A stretch of DNA of 64,000 nucleotides. Origin: an uncultured Gammaproteobacteria bacterium (GTDB lineage: Bacteria > Pseudomonadota > Gammaproteobacteria > Steroidobacterales > Steroidobacteraceae). The notes under the pieces are model-generated. The model was not told the origin of the DNA. It saw nothing but the letters and a program-made list of their open reading frames with translations, and searched no databases. The DNA lies in assembly GCA_963736185.1 (NCBI GenBank), contig CAVTNZ010000011.1:4912-68911 (forward strand), given 5' to 3'. This document shows, in pieces, positions 34,331 to 45,814 of the stretch. Every line of letters begins with the position of its first letter. Within the stretch, counting starts at the first letter, position 1. The position numbers and the translations under genes are program-made.

Positions 34331-34878
34331 GGCCCGTAGACGAGTTCCACTCGCCGATTCTTGGCCCAGGCCGCCTCGTCATCGCCCTCGACCGCCGGCC
34401 GTTCGGCGCCGAAGCTCACGGTGGTGAGCTGATTTTCGGACACGCCTTGCAGCATCAGCGCGCGCCGCACCGCCTGTGCGCGCCGCTCGCCGAGACCGAT
34501 GTTGTATTCGCGCGTACCGCGCTCGTCGGTATTGCCCTCGAGCTTGAGCTTCGCGGCCGGATGCGCCGTGAGGTACTGGGCATTGGCGGTGACGATGGCC
34601 GCGAACTCGGGTTTGATGTCGGATTTGTCGAAGTCGAAGTAGATGATCCGGCTCTCGGCCGAACCCGCGGGTCCGGCCACGATCTGTCCGGCGCCCATGG
34701 CGTTCCCGTCCGCACCGAGCGGCGTCGCGGAGGTGGACGCTCCCTCGCCGTTCGGATTTGCCGAGCCCGCAACCGGACTGCCCGCATTCGGATGTTCGAC
34801 GGTGGTGTTCTTCTTGGGGCAGCCGGCAAGAAGCGCAGCCGCTGCGAACAAACAGGCGATCGATACCATTTTTTTCAT
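34327..34878 (-). CDS. pal: peptidoglycan-associated lipoprotein
   Basis: ORF 34327-34890, with the start placed at MKKMVSIACLFAAAALLAGC (lipobox). It has an OmpA-like C-terminus (LEGNTDERGTREYNIGLGERRA). Confidence 0.9.
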   Translation of the reverse strand: MKKMVSIACLFAAAALLAGCPKKNTTVEHPNAGSPVAGSANPNGEGASTSATPLGADGNAMGAGQIVAGPAGSAESRIIYFDFDKSDIKPEFAAIVTANAQYLTAHPAAKLKLEGNTDERGTREYNIGLGERRAQAVRRALMLQGVSENQLTTVSFGAERPAVEGDDEAAWAKNRRVELVYGP

Positions 34879-34957
34879 TGAATATTCCATCCGGATGCTG
34901 CCAAAGAGATTGAAGCCATATGGGCCATTATGAACTTAGTTTCGCAATTCATCGACA

Positions 34958-36259
34958 TCAGAACGGCGACCACGCGGGCTCCTGCACCTCGCCCTCGCTC
35001 GACACCAGCTTTTCCTGCACGCGGCCGTCCGAGCTGACCATCGCGAGGACGCCGCGCCCGTGGTCGCGGCTCGCGTAGATGATCATGGCGCCGTTCGGCG
35101 CGTAGCTCGGCGAGACGTCGAACTGCCCCTTGGTCAAAACCTCCACGTCGCCCCGGCCCTTCAGGTCCATGACCGCGATCCGGTACGCCCCGTCTTCCTG
35201 CGTGACGAAGGCGAGCTGCGATTCATCCGGCGAGAGCCGCGGCCGCGCGTTGTAGTTGCCCTGGAAGGTGAGCCGGCGGGGATGATCTCCGGGATGGATC
35301 CCCACCCGGTAGATCTGAGGGCCGCCCGCCCGATCGGACGTGAAGTAGATGCTCTGGCCGTCCCGCGACCACTCCGGTTCGGTGTCGATGCCGGGATCGT
35401 CGGTGATGCGGGTGAGTGCGTTGGTGGTCAGATCGAGAATGTAGATGTCGAGGTTTCCGTCGCGGGTCGAGAGCGTCAGCGCCAGCTTCTTGCCGTCCGG
35501 CGAGAAGGCCGGCGCTTGATTCACACCGGCCTTCGCGGAAACGCGCCGCCGCTCGCCCGTCTTGAGGTATTGAACGTATATCGAGGGCAGCCGGTCCTCG
35601 AACGAGACGTAGGCCAGATTCTGACCGTCCGGCGACCACGCGGGCGACATCAACGGCTCGTTCGACTGCATGACGATGTGCGGGTTCTCGCCGTCCGAGT
35701 CCGCGACGATCAGGCGGTAGTTGCGATGCGGCAGCGACCCGAGCACGGACACGTACGCGATGCGCGTCGCGAACGCGCCGCGTATCCCCAGTATCTTGTC
35801 GAAGATCATGTCCGCAATCTGATGACTCGCGAGCCGCAGCCCCGCGCGATTCGCGCTGATCTGATAGCCGAGCAGGCGTTGACGGGTGAGGACGTTGTAC
35901 AGCTCGAAGTTGATGGTGTAGCGGTCGGGCGTCTGGGGGACCATTTGGCCCACCACGATGTAGTCGTTGCCGAGCCGCCGCCAGTCGTCGAAGCTGATGC
36001 CCGCGCCCGCGTGCGGTTGTTCCACCATGTCCTTGCGGTCCATGGGCTTGAAGCGCCCGCTGCGCGCCAGATCGCTGCTCACGACGGTGGCGGCATCGAG
36101 CGGGGCATCCGCCGAGTCGGCGGAGAGGAACGGAACGATCGCGATCGGGACCGCATTGTCCTGCCCGCGGGTCACCTCGACGACGAACTCGCTGGCGCCG
36201 CTGGTTGAGATCAGCAGGCATGCGAGCGATGCGGCCACGGCGAACAGCGTTTTATTCAT
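34958..36259 (-). CDS. tolB: Tol-Pal system beta-propeller protein
   Basis: 433 aa with a signal peptide and repeated P.WSPDG propeller motifs (SPAWSPDGQNLAY, APAFSPDGKKLA, PEWSRDGQSIYF). Confidence 0.92.
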   Translation of the reverse strand: MNKTLFAVAASLACLLISTSGASEFVVEVTRGQDNAVPIAIVPFLSADSADAPLDAATVVSSDLARSGRFKPMDRKDMVEQPHAGAGISFDDWRRLGNDYIVVGQMVPQTPDRYTINFELYNVLTRQRLLGYQISANRAGLRLASHQIADMIFDKILGIRGAFATRIAYVSVLGSLPHRNYRLIVADSDGENPHIVMQSNEPLMSPAWSPDGQNLAYVSFEDRLPSIYVQYLKTGERRRVSAKAGVNQAPAFSPDGKKLALTLSTRDGNLDIYILDLTTNALTRITDDPGIDTEPEWSRDGQSIYFTSDRAGGPQIYRVGIHPGDHPRRLTFQGNYNARPRLSPDESQLAFVTQEDGAYRIAVMDLKGRGDVEVLTKGQFDVSPSYAPNGAMIIYASRDHGRGVLAMVSSDGRVQEKLVSSEGEVQEPAWSPF

Positions 36260-37139
36260 CGGGTTTGAACCTGAATGCGAAATTTCGTTGAAACAGCGCC
36301 GGATCCGGCGGATCCGGCAATGGCGAGGCGCGATACACCGCGTTCTCGATCGACTGGCGCACCGCCGCGTCCCCGTTGCATTGAGTCACCTTGGCGCTGG
36401 TGACTTCGCCTCCGGGTACCTGCGTGACCTCGACCAGGCAGTCGACTCCGACCCTTGCCGAGGGCGGCTTGATCCACGCATTCTGAATCCTGTTGCGAAG
36501 GCTCGCCACATAGCGATCCTTGAGCGGGCTCGCCTCCACGGCCGAGACATGCTCCTCCTCGCCGAGTTCCTTGCGCAGATCCTCCGCCGCAGCCTTCTCC
36601 TCCGCGGCCGCCTTGGCCTGGGCCGCGGCCTTCGCCTCCGCCGCGGCCTTCGCCTCCGCCGCGGCCTTGGCCTCCGCGGCGGCCTTGGCCTCCGCCGCAG
36701 CCTTGGCCTCCGCGGCGGCTTTGGCCTGCTGCTCAGCCTGCTTCGCCGCGCTCGCGGCGGCCCTCGCCTCGTCGGCGGCGTTCGCCTCGGCCTTGGCGCG
36801 CTCGGCGGATTTCGCCTGCTGTTCGACGGCCTTCGCCTGCTGCTCCGCCTGCGTCTCCGCGGCCGCCCTCTGAGCCGCGGCCTGCGCCTCGGCCGCCGCT
36901 CGTGCCTGGGCCTCGGCCACGGCACGCGCCTGGACCGCCTGTTCCGCCTTGGCTTGCTGGGCGGCGTGCAACATGCGTGAATCGACGACGGTCGCATTGA
37001 TCGGGGCCGACGACATGCTGACCGGCGGATGCGAGGACGGCATCACGGCCATGAGCACCAACGCCGCCACGATCCCTCCGTGCAGCAGCACCGAAAAGAG
37101 CACCGGCCGGGTGTTTTCGCGCAGAAACCCCGACATCAA
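36252..37139 (-). CDS. tolA: Tol-Pal system protein TolA
   Basis: 295 aa with an N-terminal TM anchor, a long Ala/Lys/Glu-rich helical domain and a C-terminal TolA domain. It sits between tolR and tolB. Confidence 0.85.
   Translation of the reverse strand: MMSGFLRENTRPVLFSVLLHGGIVAALVLMAVMPSSHPPVSMSSAPINATVVDSRMLHAAQQAKAEQAVQARAVAEAQARAAAEAQAAAQRAAAETQAEQQAKAVEQQAKSAERAKAEANAADEARAAASAAKQAEQQAKAAAEAKAAAEAKAAAEAKAAAEAKAAAEAKAAAQAKAAAEEKAAAEDLRKELGEEEHVSAVEASPLKDRYVASLRNRIQNAWIKPPSARVGVDCLVEVTQVPGGEVTSAKVTQCNGDAAVRQSIENAVYRASPLPDPPDPALFQRNFAFRFKPDE
36591..36734. repeat. about eight tandem 18-bp units (GCCTTSGCCTCCGCSGCR) inside tolA encoding (AEAKAA)n
   Basis: Read directly. The translation is AAEAKAAAEAKAAAEAKAAAEAKAAAEAKAAAQAKAAAE. 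Confidence 0.8.
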
Positions 37140-37618
37140 TGCGCCCCGTTGCCGGGCTGTCGAGGCGCTCCCTGGACCCGCGGGGCGGGCCGCTCGGGAT
37201 CGGTCAGAAGGCCCACCTTGTCCGCGCCTGCGCGCTGCAGCAGCACCATGGCATGCGCCACCACACCGTACGGAACGGTGGTATCGGCCTTCACCAGCAC
37301 GGGAGTCTCGCGGTCGCGCCGCAGAAGGGCCGCGGTGCGCGCGCTCACGGTGTTCTCCGAGGCCGGCTTGTCCTGGTTCGGGCCGAAGTTGATGTACAGC
37401 TGCCCGCGCGCATCGATGGTGACGATCAACGGCTCATGCTTCTGCAGGAACGCCGGATCGATGGGCTTCGCGCCGGCGCTCGGCAAATCCACCTTGATCC
37501 CTTCCTTCAGGAGCGGCGCCGTGATCATGAAAATGATGAGCAGCACCAGCATCACGTCGATGTAGGGGACGACGTTGATCTCCCCCATCAGCTTCCGGCG
37601 TCGCAGCGGTGCGGCCAT
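37136..37618 (-). CDS. tolR: Tol-Pal system protein TolR (ExbD family)
   Basis: 160 aa with INVVPYIDVMLVLLIIFMITAP. It sits between tolQ and tolA. Confidence 0.9.
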   Translation of the reverse strand: MAAPLRRRKLMGEINVVPYIDVMLVLLIIFMITAPLLKEGIKVDLPSAGAKPIDPAFLQKHEPLIVTIDARGQLYINFGPNQDKPASENTVSARTAALLRRDRETPVLVKADTTVPYGVVAHAMVLLQRAGADKVGLLTDPERPAPRVQGAPRQPGNGAH

Positions 37619-37624
37619 GTGATG

Positions 37625-38308
37625 TCAGCTCTGCGCCCGTGCCGATCCGTGGCGTTGCAGGATGGTGGAGAACTCCTCGACGAAGGTGTCGAATCGCAGT
37701 TCCAGCCGGCTCACCTGGTCGGCGAAGCGGTTGTAGGCGATCACGGCGGGAATGGCGGCGAACAGGCCGATGGCGGTGGTGATCAGCGCCTCGGCGATGC
37801 CGGGAGCGACCGCCGCCAGAGTGGCCTGCTGCACGTTCCCGAGATTGTGGAACGCGCTCATGATCCCCCAAACGGTGCCGAACAGACCCACGTAGGGGCT
37901 GGTGGAACCGACGGTCGCCAGCGTCGCGAGATTGCGCTCAAGGCGCTCCATCTCGCGCATCTGCGCCACGCGCATCGAGCGCCGCGCCCCCTCGAGCAAG
38001 AGGTCGGCCGCGGTGCCGAGCTGGCGCAGACGGCTGAATTCGCCGAATCCGGACTCGAAAATGCTCTGCAACCCGGTGCCCGCCCGCCCCTTGGTCTCGA
38101 CGTTGCGGTAGAGGGTCGCGAGGTCCCCGCCCGACCAGAACTGGGTCTCGAACTGGTCGGCGCCGTGGCGCGAGCGGGAGATCTCCTGGCGCTTGCGAAA
38201 AATGATCGCCCATGACACGAGCGATGCCGACAACAGCAGGGCGACCACGATCTGAACGATCGGGCTCGCATCGAGCACCATGGTCCAGACCGACAAATCA
38301 TTGGGCAT
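37625..38308 (-). CDS. tolQ: Tol-Pal system protein TolQ (MotA/ExbB family)
   Basis: 227 aa with three TM segments and the conserved LATVGSTSPYVGLFGTVWGIM. Confidence 0.9.
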   Translation of the reverse strand: MPNDLSVWTMVLDASPIVQIVVALLLSASLVSWAIIFRKRQEISRSRHGADQFETQFWSGGDLATLYRNVETKGRAGTGLQSIFESGFGEFSRLRQLGTAADLLLEGARRSMRVAQMREMERLERNLATLATVGSTSPYVGLFGTVWGIMSAFHNLGNVQQATLAAVAPGIAEALITTAIGLFAAIPAVIAYNRFADQVSRLELRFDTFVEEFSTILQRHGSARAQS

Positions 38309-38716
38309 TACGCCACTCCATGAACAAATCCTTCGGGATGGGCCGTGCCTTCATCGTGCTCGCGTCGAGACAGGCGATGCGGGCCGTGGCATCGATCAGC
38401 TGCACGTCGCCACGCCGTATCGTTTGCTTGAACACGATTGTGGCACCGGTGAGCTTCTCGAGCTCCGCGGTGACGATAACTTCATCCTGCAGGAGAGCCG
38501 GCCGCAGAAAATCCACGTTGACGTTGACCACCACGAACTGAAGTCCGCGCTCGGCGCGCAGCCTGACCTGATCCACGCCCAGGGCACGCAGCCACTCCGT
38601 GCGGCATCGCTCCATGAATTTCAGGTAATTCGCGTAATACACCACCCCGCCCCCATCGGTGTCCTCCCAATAGACGGTGACGGCGAACTCGAATGAGGTG
38701 GCGGAGGTCGCCGGCA

Positions 38717-38717
<1 letters not shown>
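38298..38717 (-). CDS. ybgC: tol-pal-associated acyl-CoA thioesterase
   Basis: 139 aa hotdog-fold protein: VYWEDTDGGGVVYYANYLKFMERCRTEWL. It lies immediately upstream of tolQ. Confidence 0.85.
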
Positions 38718-39766
<1,049 letters not shown>

Positions 39767-39769
39767 GCC

Positions 39770-40375
39770 TTATGCCTTTGCCGCCGATCTGAGCGCGCGG
39801 CGGATCAATTCCGTCGTGGACAACCCCGGCTCATCCGCCGCCTTCAACAGGCGCGTCGCCTCCGGCGGCTTGTAGCCGAGCGCGATCAGGGCGGCGAAGG
39901 CCTCGCCCTGGGGGCTCAACGTCGACGCGCCGGCCGGTGCCGCCCCGTCCACCGCCGAAGCCGGCGCGGCGAGCTTGCGCACGCTGTCGCGCATCTCGAT
40001 GATCACGCGTTCCGCGGTCTTGCGCCCGATCCCCGGGATGCGGGTCAGCATCGCGGTATCCTCTGCCTCCACGATACGCAGGAAATCCTCGACGCTCGAT
40101 CCCGACAGTATTCCCAGGGCGATCTTCGGACCGACACCGGACACCTTGAGCAGACCCCTGAACAGGCGCCGTTCGCCGTCGGTACCGAAGCCGAACAAGA
40201 TATGAGCGTCCTCCCGCACGACCAGGTGCGTGAACAGCGCCACCGGCTCGCCGACCGACGGAAGCCCGTAGAAGGTCGACATCGGCGCCTCGAGCTCATA
40301 CCCCACGCCGTTCACGTCCACCATCAAGGCCGGCGGCTGCTTCAACGCGAGGCGCCCCCGGAGAAACCCGATCAT
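39770..40375 (-). CDS. ruvA: Holliday junction DNA helicase subunit RuvA
   Basis: Last 201 codons of ORF 39770-40855, with the start at MIGFLRGRL (ATG 40375-40373, ATGA overlap with the ruvC stop). HhH motifs GVGPKIALGIL and IPGIGRKTAERV. Confidence 0.9.
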   Translation of the reverse strand: MIGFLRGRLALKQPPALMVDVNGVGYELEAPMSTFYGLPSVGEPVALFTHLVVREDAHILFGFGTDGERRLFRGLLKVSGVGPKIALGILSGSSVEDFLRIVEAEDTAMLTRIPGIGRKTAERVIIEMRDSVRKLAAPASAVDGAAPAGASTLSPQGEAFAALIALGYKPPEATRLLKAADEPGLSTTELIRRALRSAAKA

Positions 40376-40908
40376 CCGCGGCTCGCCGCGAGCTTGACGG
40401 CGGCCTGCGTGAGGGAGCTCTGGACCCGTCCGCGAAGCGCATGGCAGACCGCGGCGGCGAGCGCATCGGCGGCATCCGAGGCCACGGGACCCTCGAGCTT
40501 CAGAATGCTGCGCATCATGAGCTGCACCTGCGTCTTCTCGGCGCTGCCGGAGCCGACCACCGCCTGCTTGATCTGCCGTGTCGCGTACTCGAACACCTCG
40601 GCATTGGCGTCGATGGTGCCGCAGATCGCCGCGCCGCGCGCCTGACCGAGCTTCAGTGCGCTGTCGGGATTGCGGTTGACGAACACCCGCTCGATGGCGA
40701 TCTCGGAGGGCCGGTACTGCGCCACGATGCTGCGGACACAGGTGAAGATCTCGCAGAGGCGCGCGGCAAATTCGCCGTTGCGCGTGCGTATGACGCCGCT
40801 CGCCACATAGGTGAGCCTCGGGCCCAGGGCATCCACCACGCCAAAGCCGGTGCATTGCGATCCGGGATCGATGCCGAGCACCCGCACGGTCGCGGCTTTA
40901 GGCGCCAA
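40372..40908 (-). CDS. ruvC: crossover junction endodeoxyribonuclease RuvC
   Basis: 178 aa with VLGIDPGSQCTGFGVV. The start could be an internal GTG (VRVLGIDPGS). Confidence 0.9.
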   Translation of the reverse strand: MAPKAATVRVLGIDPGSQCTGFGVVDALGPRLTYVASGVIRTRNGEFAARLCEIFTCVRSIVAQYRPSEIAIERVFVNRNPDSALKLGQARGAAICGTIDANAEVFEYATRQIKQAVVGSGSAEKTQVQLMMRSILKLEGPVASDAADALAAAVCHALRGRVQSSLTQAAVKLAASRG

Positions 40909-41024
40909 GCGTCTTGCCCGTGGCGTTTCGGGCGGCGGTCATTGCGGTTGACATGGCCGAGTATGATACCGGCAATGGCCGGCCAAACCCACCCGCCACG
41001 CGCCAAGGACGATGGAAACGACCG

Positions 41025-43157
41025 ATGGAAACCACCATTCCCAGCCCGACCGCGAGCGAACGGCTCGACGCCGGCTTTGCCGCCGTACGTTCACTGGAGC
41101 TTTCGCAGGCCCGGGAGCCCACGCGCAGGGCGGCGCTCGAGGTGGCCGAGATCGTGCGCACGCTCGACGCGGACGAGGACGTGGTGATGGCCGCGATGCT
41201 GCAGCCGTTGATGGAGGAGAAGCTGCTCGACCGGGAAGCCGCTGAGCGCCAATTCGGCGGCGCCGCGGTGCAGCTCGCCCGCGCGCTGAGTCAACTGGGG
41301 CGTTTCGGATTGCCCGCCGATTGGACCCCGGATCGGGGCCTGGAGAGCTCCCAGGCCGAGGCGCTGCGCAAGATGCTGGTCGCCGTGGTCGGCGACGTGC
41401 GGCTGGTCGTGGTGAAGCTCGCCGAGCAGCTGCAGCGCATGCGCACGGCGAAGTCGCTCGACGCGGCGCTCAGACGCAAGCTTGCCATCGAGACCCGCGA
41501 GGTCTATGCGCCGCTCGCCAACCGGCTGGGCGTCTGGCAGGTCAAATGGGAACTGGAGGATCTGGCCTTCCGGTATCTTCAGCCGGCCGATTATCGGCAC
41601 ATCGCCGCGGCCTTGAAGGTGCGCCGGTCCGAGCGGGAGCGCTACATCGCGGAGCTGACGGGCCTTCTGCTGCGTCAGTTGCGCGCCGCCGGGATCGAGG
41701 CGCAGATCGACGGCCGCCCGAAGCACATCTACAGCATCTGGCGCAAGATGCAGACGAAGCGTCTGGCTTTCGAGCAGATCATGGATATCCGCGCCGCCCG
41801 CGTCCTCGTGGGCTCGGTGTCGGACTGTTATGCGGCGCTCGGTGTCGTGCACTCGCTCTGGCCGTTCATTCCCGGCGAGTTCGACGACTACATCGCGACC
41901 CCGAAGGACAACATGTACCGCTCGATCCATACCGCGGTTCTCGGTCCGGGCAATCAGCCGGTGGAAATCCAGATCCGCACCCACGACATGCACGCCCATT
42001 CCGAGCGCGGCGTGGCCGCCCATTGGCGCTACAAGGAGGGGGGCCGTTCCGATCAGGCGTACGAACGCAAGATCAACCAGCTGCGGGCGCTGCTTGCGCC
42101 CGAAAATCAGGACACCGCCCACGATTTCCTCGACCGCATGCGCGTCGAGCTCTTCCAGGACCGCATCTACGTGCTGTCGCCCAAGGGCGAGATCGTCGAC
42201 GTGCCGGTCGGCGGCACGCCGCTCGATTTCGCCTACCAGGTGCACACCGACCTCGGCCACCGCACGCGCGGCGCCAAGATCAACGGCCGCATCGTCGGGC
42301 TCGACTACGCACTGAAGAACGGCGAGACCGTGGAGATCATCGCGGCGAAGACGCCCCAGCCCTCGCGCGACTGGCTGTCGCCGCAGTCCGGGTACCTCGC
42401 AAGCCCGCGCAACCGCAACAAGGTGAAGGCCTGGTTCCGCAAGCAGGACGAATCCCAGAACAAGATCGAGGGGCGCGCGATGCTCGAGCGCGAGATCCAG
42501 CGCCTGGGGGTGAACGTCCCGCCCATGCCCGAATTGCTGGCGGAACTGCACATGGCGAGCGCGGAGGAGCTGCATGCGGCGATGGGATTGGGGGAGATCA
42601 GCGCGGCACAGGTGGCCGGCGCGATTCAGCGTCTGCTGCACACCCGCACGGTGCGGCCGGACGAGGCGGCGAAGCCGCGCGCGCCCGCGCAGCGCGAGCC
42701 GCAGGCCGCGATCCAGGGCATCGGCGATCTGCTGTCCACGTACGCACGGTGCTGCAAGCCCGTGCCACCGGAGCCCATCGCCGGTTACATCACGGTCGGA
42801 CGCGGTGTGAGCATCCACAGCCAGAGCTGCGCGAATCTCGCGCGGCTCGCCATCAAGTCGCCGGCGCGCGTATTGCCGGTCGCCTGGGGCGCGAGGGGAG
42901 CGCACGCCCCGCATGAATCCTTTCCGGTCGACATCGAGGTCCACGCCTTCGACCGGCGCGGGCTGGTCAGGGACGTGAGCGCGGCGCTCGCCGACGAGAA
43001 AATCAGCATCCGGGCGATGACCACCGCGACCGATGCCCGCGATCACCTGGCGCGCATGCAGATCGGCATCGACGTGGCGGACCTGCCGCAGCTCTCGCGG
43101 CTGCTCGCGAAGATCTCGAAGCTGCCCAACGTCGTGAGCGCACGCCGCAGGAAGTAG
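41025..43157 (+). CDS. relA: GTP pyrophosphokinase, RelA-type (p)ppGpp synthetase
   Basis: ORF 40914-43157, with the start placed at METTIPSPT (41025; uncertain). Synthetase core RPKHIYSIWRKM and DIRAARVLV, followed by TGS and ACT regions. The hydrolase HD motif is degenerate (MLQPLMEE where LHDVIED is expected), hence RelA rather than SpoT. Confidence 0.85.
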   Translation: METTIPSPTASERLDAGFAAVRSLELSQAREPTRRAALEVAEIVRTLDADEDVVMAAMLQPLMEEKLLDREAAERQFGGAAVQLARALSQLGRFGLPADWTPDRGLESSQAEALRKMLVAVVGDVRLVVVKLAEQLQRMRTAKSLDAALRRKLAIETREVYAPLANRLGVWQVKWELEDLAFRYLQPADYRHIAAALKVRRSERERYIAELTGLLLRQLRAAGIEAQIDGRPKHIYSIWRKMQTKRLAFEQIMDIRAARVLVGSVSDCYAALGVVHSLWPFIPGEFDDYIATPKDNMYRSIHTAVLGPGNQPVEIQIRTHDMHAHSERGVAAHWRYKEGGRSDQAYERKINQLRALLAPENQDTAHDFLDRMRVELFQDRIYVLSPKGEIVDVPVGGTPLDFAYQVHTDLGHRTRGAKINGRIVGLDYALKNGETVEIIAAKTPQPSRDWLSPQSGYLASPRNRNKVKAWFRKQDESQNKIEGRAMLEREIQRLGVNVPPMPELLAELHMASAEELHAAMGLGEISAAQVAGAIQRLLHTRTVRPDEAAKPRAPAQREPQAAIQGIGDLLSTYARCCKPVPPEPIAGYITVGRGVSIHSQSCANLARLAIKSPARVLPVAWGARGAHAPHESFPVDIEVHAFDRRGLVRDVSAALADEKISIRAMTTATDARDHLARMQIGIDVADLPQLSRLLAKISKLPNVVSARRRK

Positions 43158-43160
43158 CGA

Positions 43161-44588
43161 TCAGCGGTTGATCGCGTCGATGGCCTTCTTGTCCGCGGCC
43201 AAAGCCGCCTCGTGAACGGCCTCGGAGAGCGTCGGGTGCGCGTGGATGGTGCGTTGGATGTCCTCGGTGCTCGCGGAGTATTCCATCGCCAGCACGGCCT
43301 CGGCGATGAGCTCGCCGGCCAACGGACCTATCACGTGCACGCCGAGGACCTCATCGTCGTCCTTGGCCGCCACCACCTTGGCCATCCCCTGCGCGGCCTC
43401 CATGGCACGTGCCCGCCCGCTCGCCGCGAACGGAAAGACGCCCACCTTGTAGGGCCGGCCGGAGGCCTTGACCTGCTCCTCGGTCTGCCCGACCCAGGCG
43501 ATTTCGGGCGCGGTGTAGATGACCGACGGGATCACCCGGTAATTCACGTCCCCGTACTGCCCGGCGATCAGGTCGGCGACCATGATCCCCTCTTCCTTGC
43601 CCTTGTGCGCCAGCATCGGGCCGCGCACCACGTCGCCCACCGCCCAGACGTTCGCCGCACCGGTCCGGCAATGCTCGTCCACCTGGATGAAGCCGCGTGC
43701 GTCGAGTTGCACTCCCGTGCCGTCGGCGAGCAGATCCTGGGTGAAGGGACGGCGCCCCACCGCGACCACCAGCTTGTCCACCTGCAGGGTGTGCTCGCCG
43801 GTGCCGTCCGAGTAGGTCACGTCGACCGCCGAGCCCGACACGGCGGCGCGTGCCACCTTGGCGCCGAGCTTGATGTCGAGCCCCTGCTTCTTGAAGTGCC
43901 GCTGCGCCTCCTTCGCGAGGGTCTGGTCGACCATGGGCAGGAAATCGGGCAGCGCCTCGAGCACCGTGACCGCGCTCCCGAGACGCCGCCAGACGCTGCC
44001 GAGCTCCAGGCCGATCACACCCGCGCCGATGACGCCGAGCCGTCGCGGCACGGCGTCGAACTCCAGCGCGTCCCACGAATCGACGATGTACCTGCCGTCG
44101 TGCGGAACCGCGCTCAAGCGGATCGGAGCCGAGCCCGACGCCAGGATCACGTTCTTCGCGGTCAGTGTCTTCTCCACCCCGTCAGACCCCACGACCAGCA
44201 CCCTGTTTCCCGGCAACAGCCGCCCATGGCCCTGGATGCCCACGACGCCCGCGGCCTTGAACAGCGAGCTGATCCCGCCGGTCATGGTCTTGACGATCGA
44301 CGCCCGGCGCTTTTGCATCTGCGCGAGATCCAGTTCAATGCCCCCGATCTTGACGCCGTGGACGGCGAATTCCTCCTTCGCCCGGACAAAGAGCTCCGAG
44401 GATTCGAGCAGCGCCTTCGAGGGTATGCAGCCGGCGTTCAGACAGGTGCCGCCGAATGCGTAGCTGCCGTCCCGGTTGCGCCATTCGTCGATGCATGCGA
44501 CGGACAGCTTGTTCTGCGCGGCACGGATGGCCGCGGGATATCCGGCCGGCCCCGCGCCGATCACGATGACGTCGTAATCCCCGCTCAT
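43161..44588 (-). CDS. lpdA: dihydrolipoyl dehydrogenase (E3)
   Basis: Last 475 codons of ORF 43161-46085, with the start at [17 protein letters not shown] (ATG 44588-44586, ATGA overlap with the sucB stop). Redox-active [13 protein letters not shown]. Confidence 0.9.
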   Translation of the reverse strand: MSGDYDVIVIGAGPAGYPAAIRAAQNKLSVACIDEWRNRDGSYAFGGTCLNAGCIPSKALLESSELFVRAKEEFAVHGVKIGGIELDLAQMQKRRASIVKTMTGGISSLFKAAGVVGIQGHGRLLPGNRVLVVGSDGVEKTLTAKNVILASGSAPIRLSAVPHDGRYIVDSWDALEFDAVPRRLGVIGAGVIGLELGSVWRRLGSAVTVLEALPDFLPMVDQTLAKEAQRHFKKQGLDIKLGAKVARAAVSGSAVDVTYSDGTGEHTLQVDKLVVAVGRRPFTQDLLADGTGVQLDARGFIQVDEHCRTGAANVWAVGDVVRGPMLAHKGKEEGIMVADLIAGQYGDVNYRVIPSVIYTAPEIAWVGQTEEQVKASGRPYKVGVFPFAASGRARAMEAAQGMAKVVAAKDDDEVLGVHVIGPLAGELIAEAVLAMEYSASTEDIQRTIHAHPTLSEAVHEAALAADKKAIDAINR

Positions 44589-45814
44589 ACGCCGAGCACC
44601 ATGCGCGCCGGATCCTCGAGGCATTGCTTGACGGTGACCAGGAACTGCACCGCCTCGCGGCCGTCGATGATGCGATGATCGTAGGTCAAGGCGATGTACA
44701 TCATCGGACGGATCGCCACCTGGCCGTCGACGGCCACGGGCCGCTCCTGGATCTTGTGCATCCCAAGGATCGCGCTTTGCGGCGCATTGACGATCGGCGT
44801 CGACAACAGCGAGCCGAACACCCCGCCGTTGGTGATGGTGAACGTGCCGCCGGTCAGTTCCTCCATGGTGATGGAGCCGGCGCGCGCGCGCGCGGCGAAA
44901 TTGCCGATCGATTTCTCGATGTCCGCGAAGGAGAGCTGATCGGCATCCCGCAGCACCGGGACGATCAATCCGCGGTCGGTCGACACCGCGACTCCCACGT
45001 CGAAATATTCGTGGTACACGATGTCGTTGCCCTCGACCGAGGCGTTCACCGCGGGAAACTTTTTCAGCGCCTCGACGCAGGCTTTGGCGAAGAACGACAT
45101 GAAGCCGAGCTTGACGCCATGCTGCTTCTCGAACGAGTCCCTGTAACGCGCGCGCAGCTCGTTGACGGCATGCAAATCCACCTCGTTGAACGAGGTCAAC
45201 AGGGCCTGGGTCGCCTGCGCCTGCACCATGCGCTCGGCGATGCGCGCGCGCAGGCGCGTCATGGGAACGCGTTGATCGAGCCGCCCGCCGCGCCTGCCCG
45301 GCGCGTCGCCGCCCGCGGTCGCCGCCGCGGGCACGGGCGCGGGCGATGCGACGGCGGCGGATGCCTCCTGGGAGGCGAGAAAATTCACCACGTCCGATTT
45401 CGACACGCGTCCGTCGCGTCCGGCGCCGGCCAGTGCCTTGGGATCGAGCTTGTTCTCCTCCGCCACGCGCTTGGCGGCCGGGCTCAGTTTGACGCCCGTG
45501 TCGGTCCCGGCGGCGGCGATGGCGGCCGGCCCGCTCGTGCCGGTGCCCGAGCCGGTGCCCGCGCCGGACACCGCCGCCGATTCGTCGATGAGCGCCAGTA
45601 TCTGACCGCTGGTCACGGTGGCCCCGTCCTTGAGCTGGATCTCGGTGAGCACTCCGGCCGCCGGGGCCGGCACCTCGAGAACGACCTTGTCGGTCTCCAG
45701 ATCGACGAGATTCTCGTCGCGCGAAACGCGATCGCCGGGCTGTTTGTGCCACGAGACCAACGTGGCGTCCGCCACCGATTCCGGCAGCTGAGGCACCCGT
45801 ACTTCGATTGTCAT
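44585..45814 (-). CDS. sucB: dihydrolipoyllysine-residue succinyltransferase (E2 of 2-oxoglutarate dehydrogenase)
   Basis: 409 aa with a lipoyl domain ([13 protein letters not shown]) and a catalytic C-terminus ([11 protein letters not shown]). Confidence 0.9.
   Translation of the reverse strand: MTIEVRVPQLPESVADATLVSWHKQPGDRVSRDENLVDLETDKVVLEVPAPAAGVLTEIQLKDGATVTSGQILALIDESAAVSGAGTGSGTGTSGPAAIAAAGTDTGVKLSPAAKRVAEENKLDPKALAGAGRDGRVSKSDVVNFLASQEASAAVASPAPVPAAATAGGDAPGRRGGRLDQRVPMTRLRARIAERMVQAQATQALLTSFNEVDLHAVNELRARYRDSFEKQHGVKLGFMSFFAKACVEALKKFPAVNASVEGNDIVYHEYFDVGVAVSTDRGLIVPVLRDADQLSFADIEKSIGNFAARARAGSITMEELTGGTFTITNGGVFGSLLSTPIVNAPQSAILGMHKIQERPVAVDGQVAIRPMMYIALTYDHRIIDGREAVQFLVTVKQCLEDPARMVLGV

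Noticed and set aside
36591-36734. Regular 18-bp periodicity that could superficially suggest a repeat array or CRISPR
   Set aside because: The units are contiguous with no spacers, lie in frame inside tolA, and encode the AEAKAA helix.
36386-36997. 203-aa Arg/Pro-rich ORF, plus other ORFs in alternative frames of tolA
   Set aside because: They are alternative-frame readings of the GC-rich Ala/Lys repeat region of tolA. The tolA frame fits the tolQRAB context.
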